Positions 1 through 10,683 of a DNA stretch of 64,000 nt are shown here, piece by piece. The DNA lies in IMG/VR virus record IMGVR_UViG_3300035183_000733, positions 62,001-126,000 of that record, one strand, 5' to 3'. The position numbers were made by a program, and so were the translations under genes. A model generated the notes under the pieces. It made no database searches. It had not been told where the DNA came from and saw only the letters and a list, made by a program, of their open reading frames with translations. How positions within the stretch are numbered: position 1 is the first letter of the stretch; every line of letters begins with the position of its first letter.

Positions 1-98
1 CTATGTGGTTCAACTAACAAAGTAGCGCTTTCACCACATCCACAAACTATTATGTTTGATCCTTTATGTTTGTTTAATATGCTACCTAACTCTATCAT
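1..98 (-). CDS. Partial (5' end) MptE/DUF115-like or glycosyltransferase-like Rossmann protein
   Basis: Manual translation MIELGSILNKHKGSNIIVCGCGESATLLVEPH runs off the window edge; NKHKG..IIVCGCG.S resembles the N-terminus of this family; AT-rich. Confidence 0.5.
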   Translation of the reverse strand, partial: MIELGSILNKHKGSNIIVCGCGESATLLVEPH

Positions 99-189
99 TC
101 AAATAGTTTATCATATTTTGAAGCATATTGCAGGAGTCACATAGTAATCCTCACCGCGCCTGTCATCCTCACACGTTGAACAAATCTTT

Positions 190-392
190 TCATGGTTGCG
201 GATCCAGAATTTCTACCTCCGTGAATGCAGCCAAATGGAGCACATGTTTTTTGTCCTTGTCCAGAACGAGTACATCCCGTCGATATGGTCGAAGAATATA
301 ATCTCGCCGACCTTATCGGCGCGCATCCTACCGGTACGTGCACGTCTTCAAGCACTTTGATAGGTCTCCCTTGGTACGTCGTAAAGTTTCAT
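190..392 (-). pseudogene. Frameshifted small phage hypothetical gene
   Basis: Pieces MKLYDVPRETY / KVLEDVHVPVGCAP / KVGEIIFFDHIDGMYSF / HVLHLAAFTEVEILDPQP lie in different frames and join into one plausible ~65-aa protein. Confidence 0.6.
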
Positions 393-399
393 GTGTATT

Positions 400-1599
400 T
401 TATTTGAATCCTATGCCCTTCGTTGGTTTTGAGTCCCCAAGTAGTACAGTGTCGTCCTCGTCCTGCCTCAGCGAGAATATGTCGGCCAGACTCATAGGCC
501 CGGTTGCCGTATGCTTGATCTCATACTTGTCTATCACCCTCTGAGCATCCTCTTTAGACAGCTTGTTGAACTCCTTTATGGAGAGCATGCGCTGTTTTCT
601 GAGTATCGCTTCGTCTATCATCTTTATGTCGGAGTTGAATGTGGCAAGCACCTGAATGTTCAGGAAGTCGTTGAGTATGCCATCGGACGAGTTGAGTATG
701 TTGGACACGCCGTCTCCGCCGTACTGGTTTATGTCCCTCTTGATGAGCACGCGCTCGGCGTCCTCTATCACGAGCAGTATGCCTGGCTTCTTCTTGCCGC
801 CCTCTTCGTCTATCCTGTCATCAGCCCAGTCGAGCAGGAAGTTGTTGAACACCGGGGTTCCTATCATGTCGACCATGTTGTTCGGCATGTACAGGATATT
901 CTTCTTCGTTTTCGCCAGGTCTCTTATCAGCCTGCGTATGTAGTACGACTTGCCAGTTCCTGGCGTGCCGTACAGGAGTATGATGCCCTTGTTCTTCTCG
1001 CTTATCCTCTTCAGGTTAAGCTCGTGGAACTTGGAAAACCCGTCTCCGTAGTGAATGTCGAGGTCGAACTTCAGGTCCGCGCTTATCATCGGCAGCTCCT
1101 TGGTGTACAATCCGGACTCTGAGTCCTGGCACAACAAGTGAATCCTGTTTATCTCGTCCGACGTCTCGAGCTTTATCTTGTGCAGCGCCTCGACAAGCTC
1201 ATCGGGGACACCCACATACTGATTGTACATGATGTCAACCTCCTGACACACGAGCGTGCCGTGTTCCTTGTCCTTGAACTTCTTCTGCGCCGGCTTTATC
1301 TTGTAGTGATCGTCGTCGGCAGAGTGAGACCTCCTGTTGCGAACGTACACGATGCTGTCCTTGTACTTTATGCGCATGAGGACCTGCTGGTACTCGTCGT
1401 CCTGGTACTTCCAGTCCAGGCTGCAGTCCTCCTTGTAGATGTCCTGTATAACAGATATGAACTGGTTAAACAAGAACGGCCCGTTGATCCGCATCCATGA
1501 CGGTACGACCGAGTTGTCCTTTACGAAGAAGTTTAGCGCGTCAGATTCCTCCTCGTGTATCCTGTGCCCGAGCTTGTCTATCTTTAGTTTATCCATCAT
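400..1599 (-). CDS. AAA+ ATPase
   Basis: Walker A GTPGTGKS, Walker B LLVIEDAE, sensor region ATFN...IDEAILRKQR, C-terminal IGFK. Confidence 0.9.
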   Translation of the reverse strand: MMDKLKIDKLGHRIHEEESDALNFFVKDNSVVPSWMRINGPFLFNQFISVIQDIYKEDCSLDWKYQDDEYQQVLMRIKYKDSIVYVRNRRSHSADDDHYKIKPAQKKFKDKEHGTLVCQEVDIMYNQYVGVPDELVEALHKIKLETSDEINRIHLLCQDSESGLYTKELPMISADLKFDLDIHYGDGFSKFHELNLKRISEKNKGIILLYGTPGTGKSYYIRRLIRDLAKTKKNILYMPNNMVDMIGTPVFNNFLLDWADDRIDEEGGKKKPGILLVIEDAERVLIKRDINQYGGDGVSNILNSSDGILNDFLNIQVLATFNSDIKMIDEAILRKQRMLSIKEFNKLSKEDAQRVIDKYEIKHTATGPMSLADIFSLRQDEDDTVLLGDSKPTKGIGFK

Positions 1600-1659
1600 G
1601 TTGTTTTTATTTGATTTATCTGCAATGTTGCGCCTCCCTGTTTTATATATCGGAAAAAA

Positions 1660-1686
1660 TTAGGGGGCTTTTGTCGCCCCCCCTAA
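1660..1686 (-). terminator. Intrinsic terminator-like hairpin
   Basis: TTAGGGGGC...GCCCCCCCTAA inverted repeat, with a T-run on the - strand, downstream of 1697-2326. Confidence 0.6.
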
Positions 1687-1696
1687 TAAACTGGTT

Positions 1697-2326
1697 TTAA
1701 ATAGTGTAACCGCCACAGCGGATCTTCTTACCGCGGTGCGTGAAATCTGGAGCCGGCGCTTCATCGTACAGCACCACGAAATTCTGGTCTATGTACCTCC
1801 TGAAGTCTTCGGGCGTTATCAGGTTGATGTTATCGTAAGTGTTCAGCCCGAGCAGGTTGACGTAGAACTGCGCGAACTCACTGCAGATGAACCGGTCGGA
1901 CTTGCCGAGACCGGTAAGGTCTATTCCGGTCTTCTTTATTAAAGCGATGCGCAGCAGCAACGTGTTGTCGTACTTGACCTCCTTGCCGCCCCAATAAGAG
2001 AGAATCTCCTTTATGGCAGCCTCCATCTTTGCCTCGCCAACGCGAGGACGCATGATGCAGAAGTCGCTGTACCCGTCCATCCTCCTTGACAGCGGGACGC
2101 AAACGAGACCTCCTGACCACATGTCCAGCGTGAGCACGCGGTCCATGTCATCAGCCTTCCAAACAACCCCTATGTGGTTGTAGTATGCGCGGTCGAAATA
2201 CTGGATGGACCTCGATAGGAAGCTGCTTCCCCTATACAACACAAGGTCTCCAGTCTCAAAACTGTCCCTGTATTTTTTGTACTTCTCAGGTACGTCTTGG
2301 TTCTTGGAACCGATAAGCATTTGCAT
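1697..2326 (-). CDS. Permuted papain-like NlpC/P60 amidase (YiiX/YebB-like)
   Basis: GDLVLYRG, YNHIGVV (His), YD, FICSEF (Cys), ITPEDF in permuted order. Confidence 0.85.
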   Translation of the reverse strand: MQMLIGSKNQDVPEKYKKYRDSFETGDLVLYRGSSFLSRSIQYFDRAYYNHIGVVWKADDMDRVLTLDMWSGGLVCVPLSRRMDGYSDFCIMRPRVGEAKMEAAIKEILSYWGGKEVKYDNTLLLRIALIKKTGIDLTGLGKSDRFICSEFAQFYVNLLGLNTYDNINLITPEDFRRYIDQNFVVLYDEAPAPDFTHRGKKIRCGGYTI

Positions 2327-2346
2327 TATTTCTTAGTTTTTATTTT

Positions 2347-2997
2347 TTATCTAAAACGCATCTCGTTGTCCACGTTCTCGTAATTACCGTTTACAAATAT
2401 GTCGAGCAGCTCGTACATAAGCGAAGTGGTGTATCCGGGCATCTGAGCGAACCCGTTATTCGTGTAATTTATACCGAGCACTGGGTACGAACCGTTCTGC
2501 AGCCACAGGATAATGTGAGGAAGATTCGCATAGTAATAGTCATAGCACATCTCTTTGGTGACCATGTATATCATGGCCACATACGCCTCCGGAAGACGGA
2601 ATGATATTTTTTGGAACGCTGCGAATAGTCGCGATAGGCGAACCTCCCTTGTCCTCGCCGTTAGTATGTTCCAGTTGCGCTCATGCTCAGCTGGTGTGAA
2701 ATAGGTGTCCCACTCACCCTGACTTATGTCTGCGGGGTAGCGGTAGTGTTGCACGCATTTCTTACGATCTTCATACATGAGAGCGCCCCAGTCGGTAACA
2801 AGTATGTCGCGCAACGAATCTCTGAACACGCCATAGTCAAACTTCCTACCGTTCGTCATCGTCAGCAGCGTATCCACCGATGTTACATCGTCTTCATCCT
2901 GGGAAAAGACATGATTATTTGGAACCGTGTAATAGTAGTTCAAAATTCCTTGACTCGTGTCCTGGTGCGGTGTTGTTTTTAGTTTGGCTATCCTCAT
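2347..2997 (-). CDS. Hypothetical virion-associated protein; N-domain paralogous to 3015-4445
   Basis: ORF; MRIA...NYYYTVPNN..F....DDVTSVDTL aligns with MRIA...NYYIVPDN..F....TDVTSPETL. Confidence 0.7.
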   Translation of the reverse strand: MRIAKLKTTPHQDTSQGILNYYYTVPNNHVFSQDEDDVTSVDTLLTMTNGRKFDYGVFRDSLRDILVTDWGALMYEDRKKCVQHYRYPADISQGEWDTYFTPAEHERNWNILTARTREVRLSRLFAAFQKISFRLPEAYVAMIYMVTKEMCYDYYYANLPHIILWLQNGSYPVLGINYTNNGFAQMPGYTTSLMYELLDIFVNGNYENVDNEMRFR

Positions 2998-3014
2998 TTT
3001 AATAACTCTATGAT

Positions 3015-4445
3015 TTATTGTGCTTCCCACATATACACCTGCGCTGTTGTCGTTCCAGTTTCAGTCCATGCAATATCGAATGATGTTGATGTGACGTTCT
3101 GAATGACTCCCGAAATATAACTTCCCCCGCCTGTTGCTAAAAGTATTGCAAAGGTGGTTGAAGATAAACCCGCTTGAGTTGCGGTAATTGTTGCTCCGAA
3201 TCGTTGATATACACACCTGTTTCCGCTTGAGTTCCATATACCAATAGATGATGTGGTTGCGGTTGCAGAGCTGTTTGCGGTAAATGTACCATAACCATAA
3301 ATTCTTATGATAGCTGGAACCTTTCCGAGACCATGTGTGATTGTTGTTGTTTGGGTAGCAGCTGGAGAAGTACCAACACCTGCTGTTGATAACGGGGCTC
3401 CAGAGTAACCAGAAACCCCAGATACTCCGCTGAACCCACTTCGACCGCTGAACCCAGATATTCCGGATGAGCCACTCGTACCGGAGAATCCTGAAGTACC
3501 TGCTGCACCGTTTGTTCCCGAGAATCCTGAAGTCCCGCTATAACCAGAAAACCCAGAGACCCCTGAGTAACCCGACATGCCGCTGAATCCAAAGATCCCT
3601 GAGTAACCCGACAGCCCAGAAAAACCAGATGCGCCAGAGTATCCGGAGAACCCGCTTCGGCCGCTGGTACCAGAAACTCCGGAGTATCCGGAGAACCCTG
3701 AGGAACCATTTGTACCGTCAGTACCACTGAATCCAGATACTCCAGAATAACCGGAGAAACCACTAATGCCGGAGAAACCGGACACGCCCGACACGCCCGA
3801 AAAACCTTGGGTCCCGCTGAAACCAGAAGTACCAGAAATACCGATATTTCCCGAATAACCCGACACGCCACTGAATCCGCTCACTCCAGAGACCCCCGAC
3901 ACGCCAGATGATCCACTCGTGCCGCTTATACCAGAATAACCGGATAAGCCGAGTCCTGAATAACCAGAGACCCCGCTAAATCCAGAAGCAGCTTGTGCAT
4001 CCGCCAAATTTTGCGTTGTTATTAACTTTCCAGATGTACCAAGATCTGGTAGCTCTATCAGTACCGTCTGAGTCAAAGATCTTGGGTCGAATGATATTAC
4101 GTCTGGACGCCATACAAGATCCTGCATGAACTCGTATATCTCGGCCCTTGTAAAGTAGTCGAGAATATTCTCAGAGTTCGGCATAACAAAATGCCTTCTG
4201 TACTCGTATTTCATCTCAGCGGAAACGCCAGACCAATTCGGAATAACGTGCGAATTTGCCGAGTCCTTCCAGTCAAAATACTCCATGCGCTTAACTGAAA
4301 AGAACAAGTACAACGTCTCAGGCGAAGTGACGTCCGTGGCGCCATTGGTGGCAAAGTTATAGTTGTCCGGCACTATGTAATAGTTGCTCAACTGTCCGTC
4401 GACCGTAGATTGAATGCCGTTGCTATCTAATACTGCTATCCTCAT
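3015..4445 (-). CDS. Collagen-like (Ser-Gly-X) fibre protein
   Basis: Long [11 protein letters not shown] triplet tract; C-terminal beta domain with ITHGLGKVP motif seen in phage fibre domains. Confidence 0.8.
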   Translation of the reverse strand: MRIAVLDSNGIQSTVDGQLSNYYIVPDNYNFATNGATDVTSPETLYLFFSVKRMEYFDWKDSANSHVIPNWSGVSAEMKYEYRRHFVMPNSENILDYFTRAEIYEFMQDLVWRPDVISFDPRSLTQTVLIELPDLGTSGKLITTQNLADAQAASGFSGVSGYSGLGLSGYSGISGTSGSSGVSGVSGVSGFSGVSGYSGNIGISGTSGFSGTQGFSGVSGVSGFSGISGFSGYSGVSGFSGTDGTNGSSGFSGYSGVSGTSGRSGFSGYSGASGFSGLSGYSGIFGFSGMSGYSGVSGFSGYSGTSGFSGTNGAAGTSGFSGTSGSSGISGFSGRSGFSGVSGVSGYSGAPLSTAGVGTSPAATQTTTITHGLGKVPAIIRIYGYGTFTANSSATATTSSIGIWNSSGNRCVYQRFGATITATQAGLSSTTFAILLATGGGSYISGVIQNVTSTSFDIAWTETGTTTAQVYMWEAQ

Positions 4446-4447
4446 TT

Positions 4448-6541
4448 TTATATCCTTGTCATTGTAAAGTTCATGTACGATATAGTTATGTCCGCGGCGG
4501 ATGTTATATTCTGCACCCACAACTCTACGTAATCGTTAGTTGCAAGAGATACCAAGCAATTGACTCCAGCTGCGTATTGATCAGTAGAAGTCCTGAAGAA
4601 TGAATTTATCTGCGACTTTGTAACTCGCGCGCCGTTCTTGTAAACAAAGAAACTGAACGTCTCGTTGGCGGATGCAGATACAGACGACACGGACACGTTT
4701 ATTAAAAATTCTCTCGTTGCCGCACCAGTATAAGTCAGTCTTCCATTGGAATGCGTCACGTCTGCCGTAAGATCTCCGGCTGTAGTAGTTCCAGCCACTT
4801 TCAATGGAGTGGATGTTGCCGCGATTGCCGTTGCCGTTGCGTTGCCGTTTAAGTACATTTCTCCGTATGTCGATGCTGGCGAATTTCCAGAAAAACCGCT
4901 CGTGCCAGAGTAACCAGAATATCCGCTAACTCCAGAATAGCCAGAAACGCCAGAGAACCCAGATACACCACTAAAACCACTCACTCCAGAGCGGCCAGAA
5001 ACGCCAGAGAACCCAGATACACCACTAAAACCACTCACTCCAGAGTAACCTGAGGTTCCTGAGGTTCCGGAGTAACCCGAAAATCCCGACGTGCCGGAGT
5101 AACCCGAAAATCCCGACGTGCCGGAGTAACCCGAAAATCCCGACGTGCCGGAGTAACCCGATACGCCGGAGAATCCGCTCGTCCCAGAGTAACCAGATAT
5201 GCCGGAGGTTCCTGAGTATCCGCTTGTTCCTGAGTATCCGCTGAATCCGCTTGTTCCTGAGTATCCAGAAACGCCCGAGTATCCGCTCACACCGGAGTAT
5301 CCAGAAACGCCAGAGTATCCGCTCACACCGGAGTATCCAGAAACGCCCGAGAATCCTGATGTACCGCTGTAACCCGAAAATCCGGAAGTGCCGCTGTAAC
5401 CCGAAAATCCGGAAGTGCCGGAGCCCGAAAATCCGGAGGTGCCAGAGTAACCCGAAGTACCAGAAAAACCAGACACGCCTGAGTAGCCCGATAAACCTAT
5501 GCCAGAGTAACCGGAGATTCCAGACTCACCCTGCACGCCCTGCACGCCGTCAAGATTGACGGTCCACGAAGAATAAGTTCCCGAACCCTCCTCTGTTATG
5601 ACGAGGACTACGAGTTCTCCAGTGCCTGAGTTGTACGACTGCACCTCTCCTATGAAAAGATTTGTAGCGTTGTACGCGACGACAACTCCTTGTCCTACGG
5701 AATACGATAATCCCGACTCAACAAAAATTATTTGTATATTAGGAGACCCAACTGGTATTGTGAGCGAATCAGTTGATGATGTTAAATATCTGTCCGCTTT
5801 GCCAGAGAATCCCGAAAGCCCCGAGTAACCCGAGTAACCCGAGTAACCACTTACCCCAGAGTAGCCGGAGACCCCTGATACCCCGCTTGTACCTGAGTAA
5901 CCAGACTCACCAGAAGTGCCAGAAATTCCAGAAATGCCAGAGTATCCACTGAAACCTGATATGCCCGAATAACCAGACTCGCCTGATGTGCCGCTCGTTC
6001 CAGAGTAACCGCTGAATCCCGAGGTTCCGGAGTATCCGGAGACTCCAGAGTAACCCGAATAGCCCGAGACTCCAGAGTAACCCGAGAACCCGCTCACGCC
6101 AGAGGTTCCACTCGTTCCAGAGTAACCGCTAAAACCGCTCACTCCAGAGTGGCCAGAAACGCCAGAGTAACCCGAGAACCCACTAACGCCAGAGTAACCC
6201 GAGAACCCACTAACGCCAGAGTAACCCGAGATGCCAGAAAATCCAGATATTCCCGAGTGACCACTAACGCCAGAAAACCCACTAAAGCCCGACACACCTG
6301 TTACGAAATTGTAGAAATCGTCAGCTGAAGTAACAGAATATCCATTATAGTTGCCGGTCAATTTACCGTCATCTATAGCTGTTATTAGATCGCGTGAATT
6401 CTGTAATTCCGACAGCGAGTACTCCTCCAGCAGATCATGGTCGACGACTGGATGATAAAAAGTACGTTCACCGAGGTCATAAAGAACCACGATGTCCGGA
6501 CTTCCAACTCCTGTTGTCGTTATTTTTAAAAATGGCACCAT
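4448..6541 (-). CDS. Collagen-like (Ser-Gly-X) fibre protein with C1q/BclA-like head
   Basis: Two long SGX tracts separated by a beta domain; C-terminus [29 protein letters not shown] resembles a C1q/TNF jelly roll. Confidence 0.8.
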   Translation of the reverse strand: MVPFLKITTTGVGSPDIVVLYDLGERTFYHPVVDHDLLEEYSLSELQNSRDLITAIDDGKLTGNYNGYSVTSADDFYNFVTGVSGFSGFSGVSGHSGISGFSGISGYSGVSGFSGYSGVSGFSGYSGVSGHSGVSGFSGYSGTSGTSGVSGFSGYSGVSGYSGYSGVSGYSGTSGFSGYSGTSGTSGESGYSGISGFSGYSGISGISGTSGESGYSGTSGVSGVSGYSGVSGYSGYSGYSGLSGFSGKADRYLTSSTDSLTIPVGSPNIQIIFVESGLSYSVGQGVVVAYNATNLFIGEVQSYNSGTGELVVLVITEEGSGTYSSWTVNLDGVQGVQGESGISGYSGIGLSGYSGVSGFSGTSGYSGTSGFSGSGTSGFSGYSGTSGFSGYSGTSGFSGVSGYSGVSGYSGVSGYSGVSGYSGVSGYSGTSGFSGYSGTSGYSGTSGISGYSGTSGFSGVSGYSGTSGFSGYSGTSGFSGYSGTSGFSGYSGTSGTSGYSGVSGFSGVSGFSGVSGRSGVSGFSGVSGFSGVSGYSGVSGYSGYSGTSGFSGNSPASTYGEMYLNGNATATAIAATSTPLKVAGTTTAGDLTADVTHSNGRLTYTGAATREFLINVSVSSVSASANETFSFFVYKNGARVTKSQINSFFRTSTDQYAAGVNCLVSLATNDYVELWVQNITSAADITISYMNFTMTRI

Positions 6542-6546
6542 TTATA

Positions 6547-7632
6547 TTACCTTCTCTTTATTACTATTGTTCCCTTCGGTCTGTCTATGGATGCCCCAGT
6601 CATATACAGTTGAAGTAAATCGCCGGCGTTCACATCCACGTTGTATGTATCTGAGTAATTGCTCGTTTGTGCACCAGTTAAATTTATCACAGCTCCGGTA
6701 AGAGTACCGTTGTTCCGCACCTCTATGCTCCACGCGTTGCCGTTAACCGAGTTGCATGATGCGGACATTGCCACTATAGTGCCATTGTAAGGCATTACGA
6801 CCGGCGCCAGGTTCATGGGCACACCGTCCTCGTCCCTTAGGTATTGATTCGTTGTGTTTGCCGAGTTGCGAGATGCGCTAATGGTAAGCAAGCCGTAGCT
6901 CGGATCACCACTGAGGCCTGAGAATCCGCTCACTCCCGAATAACCGGAAACTCCACTGAATCCAGATACTCCCGATCCGCTCACTCCCGAATAACCACTT
7001 ACGCCAGAAAACCCCGAAACTCCACTGAATCCGGATACTCCAGAAAAACCGGACACGCCACTGAATCCAGATACTCCCAAGTATCCGCTGAACCCTGAGG
7101 TTCCTGAGAATCCGATCACTCCTGAGAATCCACTCACTCCTGAGTATCCAGATATGCCAGAAGTTCCGCTAAATCCACTAACCCCGCTTGTACCGGAGTA
7201 GCCGGAGAACCCCGATGTGCCTGAATAACCGGAGAACCCCGATATACCTGTAACTTTTTTCTCGCCAAGAGTGGTGAGTACCATCCATCCAGCACCGTCG
7301 TTGAATACGAGCTGCTCGTCCGGTTTAAGTATCACGCTTATCAATGTTCTGCTCGTACCCGTGTTGTAGAGCTCGACTGTTATCACCCTGTTGACCGTGT
7401 CGTTGTTGAACACGTTCACGTATTTTATGTTCCTGTATATGGATGCAGCAGGAGGTGCCACAGCCGTTACCGGTGTGTTGCCAGTGAGCACACCGTCATT
7501 GCCACCGGGCGTCATAACTGGTGTTGTCGACTCTATGTCATCGTACGCCGTTACAAATATCGGCTCGCTCGTCGTCGCCGCAGCGTCCGAGTATATCCTG
7601 AGAGATTTGTTTATGGTATCTAATCTTATCAT
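6547..7632 (-). CDS. Collagen-like (Ser-Gly-X) fibre protein, paralogue of 9901-10668
   Basis: N-terminus MIRLDTINKSLRIYSDA near-identical to the 9901 ORF; central SGX tract; C-terminal jelly roll with VNAGD. Confidence 0.8.
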   Translation of the reverse strand: MIRLDTINKSLRIYSDAAATTSEPIFVTAYDDIESTTPVMTPGGNDGVLTGNTPVTAVAPPAASIYRNIKYVNVFNNDTVNRVITVELYNTGTSRTLISVILKPDEQLVFNDGAGWMVLTTLGEKKVTGISGFSGYSGTSGFSGYSGTSGVSGFSGTSGISGYSGVSGFSGVIGFSGTSGFSGYLGVSGFSGVSGFSGVSGFSGVSGFSGVSGYSGVSGSGVSGFSGVSGYSGVSGFSGLSGDPSYGLLTISASRNSANTTNQYLRDEDGVPMNLAPVVMPYNGTIVAMSASCNSVNGNAWSIEVRNNGTLTGAVINLTGAQTSNYSDTYNVDVNAGDLLQLYMTGASIDRPKGTIVIKRR

Positions 7633-7778
7633 CAGCCTACCTGTATTGTAACTATTTCGGCCACTTGGGTGAACGTGTACGCAGAGCCGTCGAGGCTTAT
7701 GCCGACAATAGTGCCGGGGGTCGTGTCTGCGACCTCGAGCACAAATTCTGACGGATCAAAAACTATGTCGTTGATCAT
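7632..7778 (-). CDS. Small hypothetical protein (48 aa), not in ORF track
   Basis: MINDIVFDPSEFVLEVADTTPGTIVGISLDGSAYTFTQVAEIVTIQVG; fills the gap; TGATG overlap with the next start. Confidence 0.65.
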   Translation of the reverse strand: MINDIVFDPSEFVLEVADTTPGTIVGISLDGSAYTFTQVAEIVTIQVG

Positions 7779-7784
7779 GTTCTA

Positions 7785-9899
7785 TTACGCCTGCGTAAGC
7801 AGCGCCCTCACTTTAATTGAACCCGGCAGCGACGTAGCGACGTAACGGATGTAGTTGCCCACGACATCTGCCGAAGAGCTCCATGCGTTCCATACGTTGC
7901 CGTCGGTCGAGTACTGCCACGTTCCGAAGGCGGAAGCCGTCACTGTGTCGTCGACTATCGGCACGCCCGATACCGCGTTGTACAGCCTTATCCTCAGGTC
8001 AGGTATTGTGCCGCCCCATAGGGACGATTGCCTGTACCCGAAGGTGTTAGATGTCACGCTTGACTTGGCCACTGACGGCGTGTAATGAGAATCAGTTGTG
8101 TCGTCCTCGTAAACCACCGTAAGTCCCATTATCCTCGCGGGTATGCACGACTCGCCAAGCACTCTAAATTCGAACTTAAACTGTATAGACGTTGACGGCG
8201 ATATTGATGTTAGCGTGCCACTATCGTCAAGTAGAGTCCACGTACCAGAGTTATCAGATATTCCGGCAGTCCTGACGTAAGTCTTGAACGGCTCCGGATT
8301 CTTAACGAGATAATCATTACCCATCTTCTTAATCTCGTTCACGTAAACCCTATACAGCTTGGTGGCGTTCGACGTGTCCATGGCAGGTGTTATTAGGACC
8401 TGGTTAGTGGTTGACGTGTATGTCCAGTGTGCCTCTATCGGTATGGTGTATATCTGATTGGCCGTTGCTGCCGTACTGTGACGTGCCATATACAGTATTC
8501 CCCCCTCCGACCAAATAGAAAAAGTGGAAGCCTGTATTGAAGGGTGTGGTACTATAGTGGAATCCGCCGTAGACTGGTCGAGCTGTCTGTCGTCTGCGAG
8601 GAATATCAACTCGAACTGCGACGATATTGTGTTATATGTGGTGACGTAGCTGCGGGTACTTGTAGCACCAGTTGTCATTATCACGAGTCTGTCTATCAAG
8701 CTCGAGATCTCTACAGAAGACAACGCGGATGTCGCTGCGAATGTTGCAGTCCCGCCCGGCGGGACCTCGACCATTACGTCCGAGGTCCAGGTTGTGCTAC
8801 CGTTGGTTATGTTAGTCAACGCACACCTGTAAACCCTTGTGGTGGTTACAAAATATAAGCTCTCAACCCCACTTCCAGGACCGTGAGATAACGTACCAAT
8901 CCTGCCGTTATTGATCTGCGACATGGTTCCTGTCAGAACTTGGTTACCAGTCTTAATAATGTTAGTAGTAGTATCCTTGCCCGCGGCAAGCGTTAGCGCC
9001 ATTCTTATGTTATACACGAAGCAGATAGATCCTGTCGCATTCAGTACGTATACATACTGAGATGTCCAAGAAGTCCTCTGTCCTATGGCGGATCCTGCAG
9101 CTGTAGTATTAGTGACCACCGCCGCGTCGGCGAGCCAGTACACAGCCCTTATATTATCGACTGTGGTCGCGGCCGGTATCGTGGTACCGGACGTCGTAAA
9201 ATTTTCTATTCTCAATCCCTTTGTGACGAACAGACCACCATTGGTCGCAGTCGCATTAGTCGTAGACGTCACACACATCAAGTCTTGTATTACGTATGCA
9301 GTTCCACCTGGTATAGTTCCCGCAGAGGTCGTTAACGTTATGGAAGTATCGCCGCCGATGGCCGAGATTTCGTACCACGTGGTTATCGCAGTCGGATCGG
9401 TGGACCCGAATCCAATTCGGCATCCTACGCTCATCCTATCAGTTAGCCAGGCAGATCCGCTTCCGGTCACGGCCGTGCCTGATACAGATACTGTACCAGT
9501 TGTATACGACTCGCATATCATCCTGAACCCCCTTATGGTATGCGCGGTCGCGGTTGGATATGTCAGAGTTATGAAACCCCTCCAGTTGAACATTGACGTG
9601 ACCTTGTTGTACTCATACATAATTATCCTTCTCGTTGCAGCGGCAGCGGCGTTATCGGCAAGGAACACGTAATCGGTATTCGTGTCACAGTTTATTACGT
9701 GCGGGAACATCCCCGGTATCGCCGTGGATTGTTCCATTGGTCTTGCCACACCTATTATCGATGGACCTGCAAACTTGTCGGTAGGGTTGGATCCCGTGTA
9801 TTGCCTGATCTGCGTACCAACGTTGGTCTTGGTGGAGTCGTACGACGTTATAGGCGTCGTGGCTCCGGTGAATAAATGTTCTACTGCTTTCTTTGACAT
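7785..9899 (-). CDS. Large Thr/Ser-rich beta-structured virion (fibre/baseplate) protein
   Basis: 704-aa ORF inside the fibre cluster; GTVSVSGTAVTGSG motif; low charge. Confidence 0.65.
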   Translation of the reverse strand: MSKKAVEHLFTGATTPITSYDSTKTNVGTQIRQYTGSNPTDKFAGPSIIGVARPMEQSTAIPGMFPHVINCDTNTDYVFLADNAAAAATRRIIMYEYNKVTSMFNWRGFITLTYPTATAHTIRGFRMICESYTTGTVSVSGTAVTGSGSAWLTDRMSVGCRIGFGSTDPTAITTWYEISAIGGDTSITLTTSAGTIPGGTAYVIQDLMCVTSTTNATATNGGLFVTKGLRIENFTTSGTTIPAATTVDNIRAVYWLADAAVVTNTTAAGSAIGQRTSWTSQYVYVLNATGSICFVYNIRMALTLAAGKDTTTNIIKTGNQVLTGTMSQINNGRIGTLSHGPGSGVESLYFVTTTRVYRCALTNITNGSTTWTSDVMVEVPPGGTATFAATSALSSVEISSLIDRLVIMTTGATSTRSYVTTYNTISSQFELIFLADDRQLDQSTADSTIVPHPSIQASTFSIWSEGGILYMARHSTAATANQIYTIPIEAHWTYTSTTNQVLITPAMDTSNATKLYRVYVNEIKKMGNDYLVKNPEPFKTYVRTAGISDNSGTWTLLDDSGTLTSISPSTSIQFKFEFRVLGESCIPARIMGLTVVYEDDTTDSHYTPSVAKSSVTSNTFGYRQSSLWGGTIPDLRIRLYNAVSGVPIVDDTVTASAFGTWQYSTDGNVWNAWSSSADVVGNYIRYVATSLPGSIKVRALLTQA

Positions 9900-9900
9900 C

Positions 9901-10668
9901 TTAGTCTTTCATTATTTTGAGGTGCACAGTAACTCTCGTTATAGTTGATACTGAGTCGATGTTAAAGGCGAATATGTCGCCGGCATTGACCGTAGTATCC
10001 GTCCACCCCGTTAGGTTCGTGTTCCTGTTCTTTATCTGCGATACGAGGCGAGGCTTATCGCTGCCCGGTATAGAATCGGCGACAGTCGGCGGATAGTTGT
10101 CGTACGTGTCCTTCCACACGTCCACCTGGATGTCGCCTATTTGGTCGGCGAAAACTACCCACGCTACTATGGTACCAGAGAACGGCACGGTCACGTACGC
10201 TTTAGTTCCTATGGTCAGAGGGTTTGCTCCGTTGTCAAGACCGAACCCGATCGAACCGACCTTTATGTTCTGCCCAGATTCCCCGGTAACTCGTATCTCA
10301 CCAAGAGAGTTCATTACCATCCATCCGGCGGCGTCGCTGAACACGAGCTCTTCCCCTATCTCGAGGTAAACCTTCATCAGCGTACGTTGGTCGACTCCAT
10401 TGAGGAGCTCAATAGTTACCGTATGCGGTGCCGTATCGACATTAGCTACACTTATGTACTTTATGTTCCTGTAGAACGGCGACACAGGCGACGAAACTGC
10501 AGTAACAGGCGTTGTACCATTCAACGATCCGTCCTGACTCCCTGGAGTGAACGCCGGATTGACCACGCGTATATCGTCATACGACGTTACGAATACAGGC
10601 TCGCTCGTCGTCGCCGTAGCGTCCGAGTATATCCTAATGCTCTTCGAGGTCGTATCTAAACGGATCAT
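9901..10668 (-). CDS. Virion fibre-associated protein (stalk-less paralogue of 6547-7632)
   Basis: Shares N-domain and C-domain (VPFSGTIVAW...VNAGD) with 6547-7632 but has no SGX tract. Confidence 0.7.
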   Translation of the reverse strand: MIRLDTTSKSIRIYSDATATTSEPVFVTSYDDIRVVNPAFTPGSQDGSLNGTTPVTAVSSPVSPFYRNIKYISVANVDTAPHTVTIELLNGVDQRTLMKVYLEIGEELVFSDAAGWMVMNSLGEIRVTGESGQNIKVGSIGFGLDNGANPLTIGTKAYVTVPFSGTIVAWVVFADQIGDIQVDVWKDTYDNYPPTVADSIPGSDKPRLVSQIKNRNTNLTGWTDTTVNAGDIFAFNIDSVSTITRVTVHLKIMKD

Positions 10669-10683
10669 ATTTTATATATTTTC

